Shown here: positions 1 through 9,561 of the stretch, in pieces | How positions within the stretch are numbered: position 1 is the first letter of the stretch | How the letters are laid out: each line of letters starts with the position of its first letter | Source of the DNA: Amoeboradix gromovi X-113 | Taxonomy: Eukaryota; Fungi; Sanchytriomycota | Reading direction: 5' to 3' | DNA length: 13,037 nt | NCBI GenBank assembly: GCA_018985225.1 | Contig: JADGIF010000242.1 | Location: 1 to 13,037, forward strand | Made by a program: the position numbers and the translations under genes | The notes under the pieces: generated by a model | What the model was told of the DNA's origin: nothing | The model's database searches: none | Seen by the model: the letters and a program-made list of their open reading frames with translations, nothing else

Positions 1-252
1 TGAATGGTGACAAAATACCAGTACCAATAAAAAGAAGTCCTATGATATTGAGAGTTGTTTATTTTTTGTCTTTTTCACTTTCACGCCAGCGGTTATACTA
101 TCAAAAATATTGATTATAACTGACTGGACTTACTTGTAGAAAAGGTGATTTATTAATTAGTACTTTTGTATTCGAAAGAATATGATAGTATTTTCATATT
201 TTGGCCCGGCAGTAAACGATCTAAATGAGATTCGATCTCCTCGACACAAGTT

Positions 253-513
253 ATGGGACATCTTTCCCGAGCACTTAATAGGAATTTGCCAGTTGGGACT
301 GTGCTAGACGGATTAAAAGTATTTAAGTCTGAACCCGCTCCTCAGATACTAGATTCATATCCTGAATGGATAAACGAATTAACCAAGCCACCTTTAATAG
401 TTGTAAACCTACAAGAGTCATTTGATTCTAACCTTGGCGAGCAACGTGGAATAATTAGGAAATGGAGGAAGCAAACGATAAATAAGCAAAATATGATTAG
501 TAAATCTAAATAA
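253..513 (+). CDS. Mitochondrial large-subunit ribosomal protein mL54 (yeast Mrpl37-like)
   Basis: 86-aa ORF. PVGTVLDGLKVFKSEPAPQILDSYPEWINEL matches the recalled mL54 pattern P.GT.L.GL...K...P....YPEW...L, followed by a basic C-terminus (RKWRKQTINKQN). Confidence 0.75.
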   Translation: MGHLSRALNRNLPVGTVLDGLKVFKSEPAPQILDSYPEWINELTKPPLIVVNLQESFDSNLGEQRGIIRKWRKQTINKQNMISKSK

Positions 514-732
514 ATGCATTTTTGGACGTCAAAATCACCGGATCCGATCCTGCCAAATATCTTGAACAGATATAGCCGTTAAAAACCAACAATTGGTAAA
601 TATTTCGTAGCTTCTTACTGAATAAATGATAAGGTATGCAACGTAAATTAGTCTTACCCTAATTATTAAATTACCGCGCATTATGACTTCCTTGAATTTT
701 ATTCTGTTACATCGCAAAACGCCATCCAGTCA

Positions 733-1542
733 ATGATGGAGCGAAGAAAAAGTCACAGAATACACGCGGATGCCTTGGACGATCTAGAACGAATATTTAG
801 AGCCACGCAATATCCTACAAACGAACAGCTGACCGAATTGGCGGACAGACATCTTCTAAATATAGAAAAGATCAGAAATTGGTTCAATAATCGAAAAGCA
901 AAAGAAAAAAGAATACACGATCAAGAGTTTGCAGAGAAAATTCGTAGTATGCCTATCAGCAAAGACGTGTTTGATTTGAATTTAGATTTACAATCGGGGG
1001 ATTCATTTAATTTACTTAGTCCTTCTAAACTAGACTGGGAGGTTTATGTTGCTATGAAGGAAAGAATTTTACAGCTTCAAAAGTTGTTAGCAGACGCTAC
1101 TCAAAACCAGCATTTAATCGTGGACCAACAAAGTTATTTACAGAACTCTCTGATAAAATACATACACAACGGCTTGATCAATTCCATGTCTAATATCACT
1201 GATTATAGAATGGAGCGAACGATCAACTTGTCTAGAGATACCTCTTTTGTCAACGTGTTTCAAATCTTTTTTGATGTTTACAATGTTGGTCAGCTGGATA
1301 ATCATTCTCAAGACATAGAATTTCAACTAGAAAAAAATATCCTCAAGGTATCTTATTTCTATAAAAAATTGAACGAGCTTGGGAGAATTACAGCTAACGT
1401 TAAGTTAGATTCCTTGGGATTCAGCAAATCGCTGGAGCAGACAAGAATGGATGTGGATTTGGAATCCATTAAATTGAAGTACGATAATAAGGAGAAGATT
1501 GTGTATTTGCACATACAGGTTGGACTAAAGCCATATGTTTGA
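733..1542 (+). CDS. Homeodomain protein with a central coiled segment and a possible C-terminal HSP20/alpha-crystallin-like domain
   Basis: The N-terminal RRKSHRIHADALDDLERIFRATQYPTNEQLTELADRHLLNIEKIRNWFNNRKAKEKR is a clear homeodomain (L..LE..F, YP, LA, WF.NR). The C-terminal domain call is a by-eye resemblance only. Confidence 0.85.
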   Translation: MMERRKSHRIHADALDDLERIFRATQYPTNEQLTELADRHLLNIEKIRNWFNNRKAKEKRIHDQEFAEKIRSMPISKDVFDLNLDLQSGDSFNLLSPSKLDWEVYVAMKERILQLQKLLADATQNQHLIVDQQSYLQNSLIKYIHNGLINSMSNITDYRMERTINLSRDTSFVNVFQIFFDVYNVGQLDNHSQDIEFQLEKNILKVSYFYKKLNELGRITANVKLDSLGFSKSLEQTRMDVDLESIKLKYDNKEKIVYLHIQVGLKPYV

Positions 1543-1693
1543 AAGTAAATCATATATTATACTAAACATCCAAGTGGTGTAACTTTCTACTTTAAATACA
1601 CTTTCATTCAAAATACATATACTATTCGGAGTTTAGACGCACGTCTTGTCTAAAACGAATAAAATGAATCCTTCGGCTAGATAGATTTAAAAC

Positions 1694-2053
1694 ATGATGG
1701 AATTAACAACCAATGCTGCAAATATTTATAATTTCGAACTCAACGTTGAGTTAACAGGATACAGTAATGGTACAATCAAAGAACTATGCAAAAGAAGAGA
1801 TGATGTCGCACTTATGAAGAACAAAACAATGGCAGAGTTTTACAACTTGGGCGACAAAATAAAAAATGTTTATTTGGAATACAATCGAAATGGCGGTAAC
1901 CCGGATACTTTGCAAACATTGGAAGCATTGAGCAATGAGATCCAAGCCTTGATATACCATTACCATGTTTTGGCAGAGATGCTAGATGACATTAGTAGTC
2001 AATTAAATAGTGTTTTAAAGCGTCGATCGTTTTCCTCAAAGTCTTTAAAATAA
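1694..2053 (+). CDS. Hypothetical alpha-helical protein, 119 aa
   Basis: ATG-started 360-nt ORF in AT-rich DNA with heptad-like Leu/Ile spacing (LEALSNEIQALIYHYHVLAEMLDDISSQL). No family recognised. Confidence 0.55.
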   Translation: MMELTTNAANIYNFELNVELTGYSNGTIKELCKRRDDVALMKNKTMAEFYNLGDKIKNVYLEYNRNGGNPDTLQTLEALSNEIQALIYHYHVLAEMLDDISSQLNSVLKRRSFSSKSLK

Positions 2054-2120
2054 TAATAAACGTTTTTAATTTTTTCAGTTAGCTTCGCGTCCTCCTAGAA
2101 ACAAATATTTTCTCAGTTAC

Positions 2121-3314
2121 ATGCCCAACGTTGTAATTTATTACTGTAAAATCTGTAATACCCTTATATCCGATTCCACTCATCTGGTTGGCACTGTCGT
2201 CCTTACAGCACCAGTCATTATTTTTGACAAGGCATTTTTAGATCTCAAAACTAAAGAATTATTAAAATTCGACAATTTATTCCATATTGGCTATAGGTTG
2301 AAATGTAAATGTAATCTATTACTCGGATTTAATTTGATCTCATCTGACGGCTTTCTGCAGAAGCTTTTAGGTTTGTTTTGTATTAAAGAGTCTCTCTTAT
2401 TAAAGTACTGCATAAATATCCAAATTGAGGGATTAGATGAGCTAGAGAACCCAGCTGACGCTATCCCGACTTCCTTTGGGGCCTTGAATAAGGAATCGCC
2501 TTCTTGTTCGTTGTTAATAAGCAAAAAAATAAATAATAGTTTGAAACAAAACCTATGTACAAAAGGATCAGCGAGGCAATCTAACTCCTGGCGCATTGAA
2601 GTTCCGAATACTGTGTCAGTTAATCCAAGTTTGAAAGCAGAATTGGAGGCTCTTCCATCCGATTTACATGGTAAAATGACCAATCAAAACGGTATGAATG
2701 GTAGTACTCAACTTACCAAACTGCCCAAGGTAGCTTTGGATAATAATCAGCTTACGAAAAATTCCATAAAAGCGCTACCAGTCCAAAGAAATTCTTCATC
2801 GGAGAGGAACCGCATTCACCAAAACGCCACATCTTCCCAATTCTCTTACACACCTCAGCAAGAATCCCTAGGATATATCTGGCAGATTCGAAATTACGAT
2901 CCACCAGTTCAATCACATTTTCAAGGTTATGAGCAGATACGTGGGACATCTAAGGATTACTACAATTATCCAGTAGATTCTTTCACGTATCCTCCTGACC
3001 AGCAGGCTCGTCATGGGCCTCCGCGTTTCCCAGTTTTGAATATTACAGAAGCGCCGCAATGCAAGGGTTATGAGCCCGGCTACATGCAACCGCGAGTGCG
3101 GTATGGAAACCCTTTATATTCTACCCCAAATATGCCGGGCGAACCCCGATCAAACACTCAACACATAAACCAGCAGATGCAACAAGTTCAGTCACCAACA
3201 CAGTGCATACAGAGTAGCAGCAGTGCTCAATTGTCTAGCCAGCAGGCGCAAAGGCGCCATGTCAATATTAGACCGAAGCCAAGCCTCCATCAAAATCAGC
3301 AGGCTCCGAAATGA
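2121..3314 (+). CDS. Mis18/Yippee-like zinc-binding domain protein with a long low-complexity tail
   Basis: VIYYCKICNTLISDS...LKCKCNLLLG...LQKLLGLFCIKESLLLKY parallels the Mis18 pattern (VF.C..C...IGDS ... L.C..C...IG ... L...R..F......L..Y). The C-terminal region is rich in Q/S/P/Y/N. Confidence 0.65.
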   Translation: MPNVVIYYCKICNTLISDSTHLVGTVVLTAPVIIFDKAFLDLKTKELLKFDNLFHIGYRLKCKCNLLLGFNLISSDGFLQKLLGLFCIKESLLLKYCINIQIEGLDELENPADAIPTSFGALNKESPSCSLLISKKINNSLKQNLCTKGSARQSNSWRIEVPNTVSVNPSLKAELEALPSDLHGKMTNQNGMNGSTQLTKLPKVALDNNQLTKNSIKALPVQRNSSSERNRIHQNATSSQFSYTPQQESLGYIWQIRNYDPPVQSHFQGYEQIRGTSKDYYNYPVDSFTYPPDQQARHGPPRFPVLNITEAPQCKGYEPGYMQPRVRYGNPLYSTPNMPGEPRSNTQHINQQMQQVQSPTQCIQSSSSAQLSSQQAQRRHVNIRPKPSLHQNQQAPK

Positions 3315-3339
3315 TGTTGCTTTTTAATGGTTATCAACG

Positions 3340-3610
3340 TGATCAATTTCTGAGCACTAGCATCTTATGATTAGTCTAACCTGAAGAGGTTAACATAAAC
3401 CTGTAGTTTACTGGCTATCCCATCAGATCTTGTATACCCTTTGGAGATGGGCTGTTAATTGCAACGGGGAAGTAGTACTTGTCATAATGAAAGGATACAG
3501 TACTTGAAGGCATCATTATAAGCGTAAAATAATATTTTACTACAGCAAATCCTCTTGCTTATATGGTAACTACATTTTTGCTGATGTTCCTAGCGCTATT
3601 TGGTGGTATA
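3340..3610 (+). pseudogene. Decayed Fanzor2-like 3' half
   Basis: One frame reads LMISLT*RG*HKPVVYWLSHQILYTLWRWAVNCNGEVVLVIMKGYST*...FYYSKSSCLYGNYIFADVPSA. This parallels M...R.LhK....LSH..F...L...G..VV.V.E.YTS...F.C...C.....RDV.AA. Found by eye. Confidence 0.4.
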
Positions 3611-3657
3611 AACCAGATAATATCACGTCTATTTCAATTATTTATTGGATTATTTGC

Positions 3658-5593
3658 TTATTTTTCTGTAAGTTTTAGTATAAAGTTAACTAAAACAGCT
3701 AGAAACAGAGCAACCACTATGACTATCGGACCAACTTGGTCATCATAAGGCCCCGGTTCTTTATTTCTTATCATATTAGCTCTCCATCTGAACAAGTATA
3801 AGGCATATATCATTACTCCTACATTAGTTATGACTACCCATGGCTACCAACGTGAATATTATTCCGCTAATCCTACCTACCTGATCGCCAAAGTTCAATA
3901 GCCCTACACTCAAACCTCCCAATACCGTTACGAAATGCAACCAGCTCAAGAAAGTTCGCTCGTTGGCAAAATACACTTTGGGTTCTACTCTTACTGGCAC
4001 TGCTATCCTTTTATTCTGCTGATTAGGGAATGACTCTCTTGGTAACAGCGGTTCTGCCTCGATCTGATTATTAAATAATCTTTTAAAAAATTGAGAGATT
4101 TGTTGCTTGTATCCTGGCTCAACTGGTTGTATTTCCTCGGACTCTGAGTCACTAATCTCTATTGCTTGTTGTTGAGGTGTCTTCTGGCTCACAGATTGGG
4201 ATTGCTGCAGGATACTGGGCTTCAGTATGTCCTTGTCCATTTGAGGTAGCCAAAATGGCAGCAATGAGACATATTTCTCCAACAATGTTGCACATCCGTG
4301 GATAAATTTACTAAATTTGGGTACTGCTTCAACCAGATGGGAATTTATTAAGTCACTAACCCAGTCAGGTATATCGTTACCAACTGCAGTTTGTAACTTT
4401 ACTTCCAGCACAGCATACTGAAATAGGTGAACATCATCTTTAGTGATATTTGTAAATGGATAGTCGATACCAATATCCATTCTACGCCAATTGTTACAAC
4501 ATCTGTCTGTGTTATCAAAATTGTCTTCGCGAACCATAGTTAGTTCAGTATCTAAGCTGATACGAACAGAAGCGTCATTCGGAAGTTGGAAGGCAGTGCG
4601 ATTGTAAAAAGTACGCATTACCGGCTGCAGTCTATTATCAATAATAGTGTTTTGAACTTGGTCAGCCAAACTTTTTAATTTATCCAGTTCAGCGTTTGAT
4701 TTTAGTCCACGCTCTTTTAGCTTCTCTAATTGAACGTCATAGTTGTACGACTTGTTTAAAAATGAGTTGACGTACTTTTCTTTTATGGGAAACCGTTCCT
4801 TGACGCTCTGTTCACCAGTCCAATCTTCCTTGTGGGTTTTGCGCTCAACAAATATTTCTTGCTCATTTAAATCGCCGTACCATCGCAATCGAATTGCCTG
4901 GGCGTTTTCATTCTTTTCAATCCTACCCTTGTACAGATGCATGTCCTTGTTGTCAAAGTAGATACTGGTAATTGCTGGATTATGAGCTTCTCTATTAAAT
5001 ATAAGAACTGGCAAATGCTTTAATATTCGTAATTTTACTTCCATAACATGTTCTGGATGAACCCAGTATTTAGTAGTGCTACGTAAAAATTGAGTGTTCT
5101 TGTCTTGTTGAGCAGAGAGACGATCAGGATCAAAATTTAGTTTCGCATATAATTCACTTAATTGGTAGATTAAATCATCATAATTTTGCATATGAAATGG
5201 CATAGACTTGAGTTTAATCATGTACATCTGCTTGAGCACATATGTCGTATGCTTATCGTGTTTCTTTAAGATTTTCATCAAAGCAGTATAGTTTAAACGA
5301 GTGAATTGAGCTAATAAATGGACTTGATTGCTGGTTGTGTTTAATAAATTAGTATTTGGGTTATTTTTGATTTTAGAGATATCTTGAATGATGATTTTGT
5401 AGTTGGTTTGTTGAAATTCAATCATTTTAGATAATTCTGTATCGAGGGTGTTGATGAAATCTGCTTCATCAGAATCGGCAATAGGCAAATGTAATGTCAT
5501 CTTTTTGATTTTGTTCTTGAGCATATCATAATGAATATAATATTCCTTCCATGGTGAATGTAGAGATTGTGTTAAATGCTGCCCAAATTTCAT
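3658..5593 (-). CDS. VTC4: Vacuolar polyphosphate polymerase catalytic subunit (SPX + VTC/TTM + DUF202 TM). Exons 5593-3838 and 3818-3658, 638 aa.
   Basis: Starts MKFG (SPX). Contains [73 protein letters not shown] and [17 protein letters not shown]. Removing 19 nt (3837-3819) restores [54 protein letters not shown]. Spliced length is 1917 nt, divisible by 3. Confidence 0.97.
3819..3837 (-). other. 19-nt spliceosomal intron in VTC4 (GTAGTCATAACTAATGTAG)
   Basis: GT..AG ends, CTAAT branch-like motif and an in-frame TAA inside. Its removal restores the conserved TM2-TM3 region including GPYDD. Confidence 0.88.
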
Positions 5594-5760
5594 AGTTTCC
5601 TCCTGATATGGGACCAAATTCGAGAAAATGTCCCCAACTATAAGTTGGAGGACTAGCGCGAATTCCTAAGACACAGAGTCTAAACCTGCAGCCGTTTAGA
5701 ACAGCGCAAACTTGCATTAAGAAAAAGTATTATTGCTCCACATAATTATTTATTAAAAGT

Positions 5761-6663
5761 TTACAAATCTTCAGCAACTCTAGTGGATTCAGTTCCTGAA
5801 TGTGACAACTTCTGGTAAGAAGCACTACTGCTCTGGCTTTCATTCCCTGATTTTGAAGAATTCACTTTTTTGAAGATAACACCCTGAATACTTAAATAAA
5901 TTATACAGTTTAGTGCACCCTGTAATGGCAGAGTGGCAGCCTGTATAATTTGCAACCAGAATATTTCTTCACCGGTTACAGTTTGGACTATACGAGTTAT
6001 ACTTGACGGACCAAAAGAAATGCATAAAGCAGCCACGTAGTACAACTGGTTTTTAGCAGATCTCATAGTTTTTTTGCTTAGCTTAAATCCTGAGTCTCGC
6101 TGTTTATTCCTTATGAATAATAAAACAGAGAATGCTACCATAATATTGTAAGTAACGCAGAAAAAGACCCAAGCATAAAAGGAACCGAATCTTAAACCGA
6201 TTTCTGATGAATTAAACCAACACCATCCGCCAACAGGCACCATGGAATCTCTTGAGATACCAATTATTCCACCGACAATTGGGATACCCCAAGCTATAGC
6301 GTGATAAAAAGGTTCCAGTCGATTCGCTTTCTCAGCATTTACTCCAAAAATAACACGCAAAAGAATATTTGTTGTGTGGGCAAAATTCCAAAGTGGTGCA
6401 GCCAAAGTCATCTCAATTACAAAGCCCTGAAAGGTACAAGAATATTGATTATCAAAGAACCAAGGACCAATAAAAAACATCACAGAGCAAACAAAATCTA
6501 AAATGCTCATGTAAAATATTATTCTTTGCGATAAATTTCGTTTTAGCGCTTCCTCGGAGTTGAAGAAACGATGCAATATAACCGAACTTCCAATGATACT
6601 GGGAACACTGGCAACCTTAGTTACTATTCCCAGTATTTCATATTTTTGAGAAGTGGATAACAT
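5761..6663 (-). CDS. 7-TM GPCR, cAMP-receptor-like (Dictyostelium CAR/Git3-like family)
   Basis: Seven hydrophobic segments. Motifs SIIGS, RIIFYMSILD, CTFQGF, YHAIAWGIP, GGWCWF and LPLQGALNCIIY. Confidence 0.88.
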   Translation of the reverse strand: MLSTSQKYEILGIVTKVASVPSIIGSSVILHRFFNSEEALKRNLSQRIIFYMSILDFVCSVMFFIGPWFFDNQYSCTFQGFVIEMTLAAPLWNFAHTTNILLRVIFGVNAEKANRLEPFYHAIAWGIPIVGGIIGISRDSMVPVGGWCWFNSSEIGLRFGSFYAWVFFCVTYNIMVAFSVLLFIRNKQRDSGFKLSKKTMRSAKNQLYYVAALCISFGPSSITRIVQTVTGEEIFWLQIIQAATLPLQGALNCIIYLSIQGVIFKKVNSSKSGNESQSSSASYQKLSHSGTESTRVAEDL

Positions 6664-6787
6664 TAACTCCAGGTTGTATCTAAATTTACCCTCTTTTGAT
6701 AGTTGAGCATAGATCGCGAAATGAGCCCAACATGTGACTTTTGCGTGGCAATTGTGTTAACCAAAGTTGTATGATAAGGTATACTCC

Positions 6788-7810
6788 ATGAGGAAAAAAG
6801 TTATTGAATTTTATAAAGTATTGCGAAAGTTAAAAAGAAGAGTAAGAATGCTAGTATAGTATTTCGGGTAGTTTTTGGCTCGTATTACAGATAATACGAT
6901 TCCTAAAACCCAATTATCTTTCCTATCACTGACCACTTTACCCTGATGAGAAAATGATGGCGGACAAGATGAATCCTTTTCGATTTTATGTCAAAGATCT
7001 GCTTGAAAATTTTATATAAAACATTGTGCACGTGTACTGTCCAATCAAAATTAGAAAACATGCCGAATGTTTTAAGTAGCCCGCTTAGTATGAAAGAATG
7101 GTAAAAAGAAGTCTTAGGTTGATGTCCAAACCCGACCAAAAAGTATTCAGAATTTCTCTAAACAAGTTATATGACGCTTTACTCTAACACTACTAGACTC
7201 AATGTACTTTAAAGCTTCGGTTAAACAATAGCCCCAACGCAGTAAACTACCATAAAAGAGATCAAAGATTTACTGAACTGATACATAACTTTAACTCTTA
7301 ACTTCTGGAGATCTCGAGCAATAATTTAATAATCACCTTGTCTTCAGCTTTCCTTTCATATCTTTCTTGGGCATAGAAACAGGATCATAGTATCAAAAAG
7401 GTAGTTATCCAAGCCTTCACCATTACCGAGAGTCTAACAAGATAGGCCTGCATCAACATGCTTTACTCTTAAAGTCACTGTCAGTGAGAACTAAAATTGA
7501 TATGATAAAACTCAGTACTTAATTCATAGTGCCTGACTAACCTAAGGCCATGAACAGCTTTATAAGGTAGAAACCGTGTTGGCCTTGGTTCTCAGTTAGA
7601 ACTACCAGATGACTTGAGCTGTGGCCATGCGGTATCAGAATCAAGAAACTGGTGTGAGCAATTGGCAGAAAGGCAATGATGCTGCCTATCGCATAGCGTG
7701 AAACATCTAATACTATTTTAGCTGTAATTGGAATGGTAGGTTCAAAGTAATTTCATTGTACACATTGTGATGTAGATGTAAATTGGGATGCAGATGCGTG
7801 TTTTAACAAC
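6788..7810 (+). pseudogene. Heavily decayed, near full-length Fanzor/TnpB-like gene
   Basis: Motifs occur in the correct order across stops and frameshifts: LYPDEKM (6936), FLGIETG (7364, RuvC-I-like), FIVPD*PKAM (7523), LSCGH (7614), TSNT/SCNW (7703) and GSK*FHCTHCDVDVNWDADACFN (7738-7807). Found by eye. Confidence 0.55.
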
Positions 7811-8043
7811 CCTCAAGTCCATAATTTTAAAAAGATTGCCAATGATGGACAAAGCGCAGCAAGAAATTGCCCTAGTCTGAAATAACACAATACCAGAATT
7901 TGCCCGCCATTCCAAATTTTTTGCTTTCGAGACAGCCTTGTTTACAAAGGATGTTATGAAACAAGTTCATCTCGTTGTGCTCACCTATTGCTTACCCACA
8001 TTCATTTGACCCCTCTTGGAGATATCTTTTGAAACTTAGAAAT

Positions 8044-8937
8044 ATGAATTCCAACTATTCGTCGCTAAACTCAATGCCTTCAATTACTCAAAGTGTTGGA
8101 AGTGCTGTATCACTTGAAGAATTAAAAGTAAGTGATGTCAAGCAGCATTTACAAAACTGTAAAAAGTTTCTTGCAGATTACAAAAGTTTGTGTCAGCAAT
8201 CTAAACAATTTACACAAAACGCCAACTTGTTTATTGGATCATTCCAGGACGTTATAAATGGCCTTCCTGTGTATGAGTACAGTAATGGATTCGAAGAAGT
8301 TAAGGAATGCTTTAAACACATGATAAAAGCTCAGGAGCGATTCACTCAGGTCATAGCTGCCTTATATGTTCCCCTGCGACAAGATTATCAGACCCAGACT
8401 GCAAATGTCAAGCAAACGGATGCTCATTACAAGGAATTAAAAGAGAAACTAGGCAAAAAGGTAGTTAAGCTGGAGAAAAAACTTAATTTAAACAGGAGCG
8501 ATACTGGCCAATTCGGAGAAGTTTTGCAAGACTTAAAAGAAAACGCTTCAGCTCTCGAAAGTATACAACAACAACACGCAGAAAAAATAATCAACTCGAC
8601 CTTAGAACAAACGGCCAATTTCTTGGATGTATTTGTGGTGTTTATGCACCTACATAAAACTGTATGCATCCCTTCTATGTCAGATAACGTAGATCATCAC
8701 CTAGACCAGCTTAACAGACAAGGAATAACTCCCAATCCGGATTTTTTAAAAATGGTAATGGAAAATAATCATTTCTCCCCTAAAGCTAGACAGTTATTAC
8801 AAGACTCTTTACATTCTGCCAAAGCACAGGAAACAATGGTAAAGCGGGAAACAACGATACGGAGGATGACTAATCCAAACCTTTTTTCAGTTATTCAACT
8901 TGCAAATAGAGTAAGAAGTAGGGATACAATGGAGTAA
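8044..8937 (+). CDS. I-BAR/IMD-like helical protein (Ivy1-like). First ATG at 8044.
   Basis: Long amphipathic helices with YKSL...F...F, PL..DY and a K-rich helix followed by RSD.GQF...L.DL, as recalled for fungal Ivy1-type I-BAR domains. The track start at 7975 is a non-ATG codon. Confidence 0.55.
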   Translation: MNSNYSSLNSMPSITQSVGSAVSLEELKVSDVKQHLQNCKKFLADYKSLCQQSKQFTQNANLFIGSFQDVINGLPVYEYSNGFEEVKECFKHMIKAQERFTQVIAALYVPLRQDYQTQTANVKQTDAHYKELKEKLGKKVVKLEKKLNLNRSDTGQFGEVLQDLKENASALESIQQQHAEKIINSTLEQTANFLDVFVVFMHLHKTVCIPSMSDNVDHHLDQLNRQGITPNPDFLKMVMENNHFSPKARQLLQDSLHSAKAQETMVKRETTIRRMTNPNLFSVIQLANRVRSRDTME

Positions 8938-8946
8938 ATTTATTCA

Positions 8947-9561
8947 CTACGTTCTATACTTGGCTTTTTCTTTTTGAGTCATTGTTTTCCACTTGGCTGC
9001 CATTTTCGTAAATGTCACACTTGATTTTTCAGAAACGTTGTGAAAATTTGGAAACTCATTTTTAACAAATAGGCTGTACAACGAAATCTTTCTTTTCGAT
9101 TTATTTGGGTTAGTTACGGATGGTATATCATTCAAATTTTTCTCATTATTATCTAATGGAGGATTTCCTTTAGATAATCGGTTTCGCTTGTTAACCGGTG
9201 ATTTCAGTGATAAATATTTCGATTTTTCAACATTTGATAACGAGCACCAGGCCAGGCCTACAAGTTTACTGTTTTCTGCCATTGTTAATTTAGGATCACG
9301 TATTTTACTATAGTTTGTTTTCATGAATATATTATAGCCGGAAGGCCTTGTAATGATAGACTTCGATTTCTTTTTTAGCTTTGGTGATCTAATAATCTCA
9401 ATCTTTGCATACAACTGTCTTTTGCGTATGTCGAGCTTACCCCATTCTGATATGGCTAATTCACGAGCACTTTCCTTATTAAGATCCGTAAAGTAGGCTG
9501 CTATTTCTCTATAGAATGTTTTAAAAGCACTGGACTTGGAGGAGATCTTCAATTTCAACAT
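8947..9561 (-). CDS. Protein with three HMG-box-like repeats
   Basis: Three repeats: SAFKTFYRE...EWGKLD, RPSGYNIFMK...AWCSLSNVEKSKY and KISLYSLFVK...KWKTMTQKEKAKY. Confidence 0.8.
   Translation of the reverse strand: MLKLKISSKSSAFKTFYREIAAYFTDLNKESARELAISEWGKLDIRKRQLYAKIEIIRSPKLKKKSKSIITRPSGYNIFMKTNYSKIRDPKLTMAENSKLVGLAWCSLSNVEKSKYLSLKSPVNKRNRLSKGNPPLDNNEKNLNDIPSVTNPNKSKRKISLYSLFVKNEFPNFHNVSEKSSVTFTKMAAKWKTMTQKEKAKYRT

Noticed and set aside
1543-1693. Additional Fanzor-like words (LNTLSFKIHIL here, LRVLLET at 2083, STCFF near 11615)
   Set aside because: Single short motifs without ordered neighbours, too weak to distinguish from pattern-matching bias.
3311-3384. C/D box snoRNA (ATGATG...CTGA)
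   Set aside because: Box C is imperfect and overlaps the upstream stop codon, and no terminal stem or recognisable rRNA guide is evident.
3658-5593. Alternative genetic code (TAA/TAG read as Gln) as the explanation for the truncated VTC4 and GST ORFs
   Set aside because: The downstream conserved sequence is in a different frame, so readthrough cannot restore it. Long ORFs have no internal TAA/TAG and end in TAA at the expected C-termini.
6788-6890. Small LYR-motif gene (MRKKVIEFYKVLRKLKRR) with 18-23 nt introns
   Set aside because: The candidate introns lack the YTAAY-GTAG pattern and I found no splice combination giving a convincing protein. It is better explained as the start of the fossil Fanzor or as chance.
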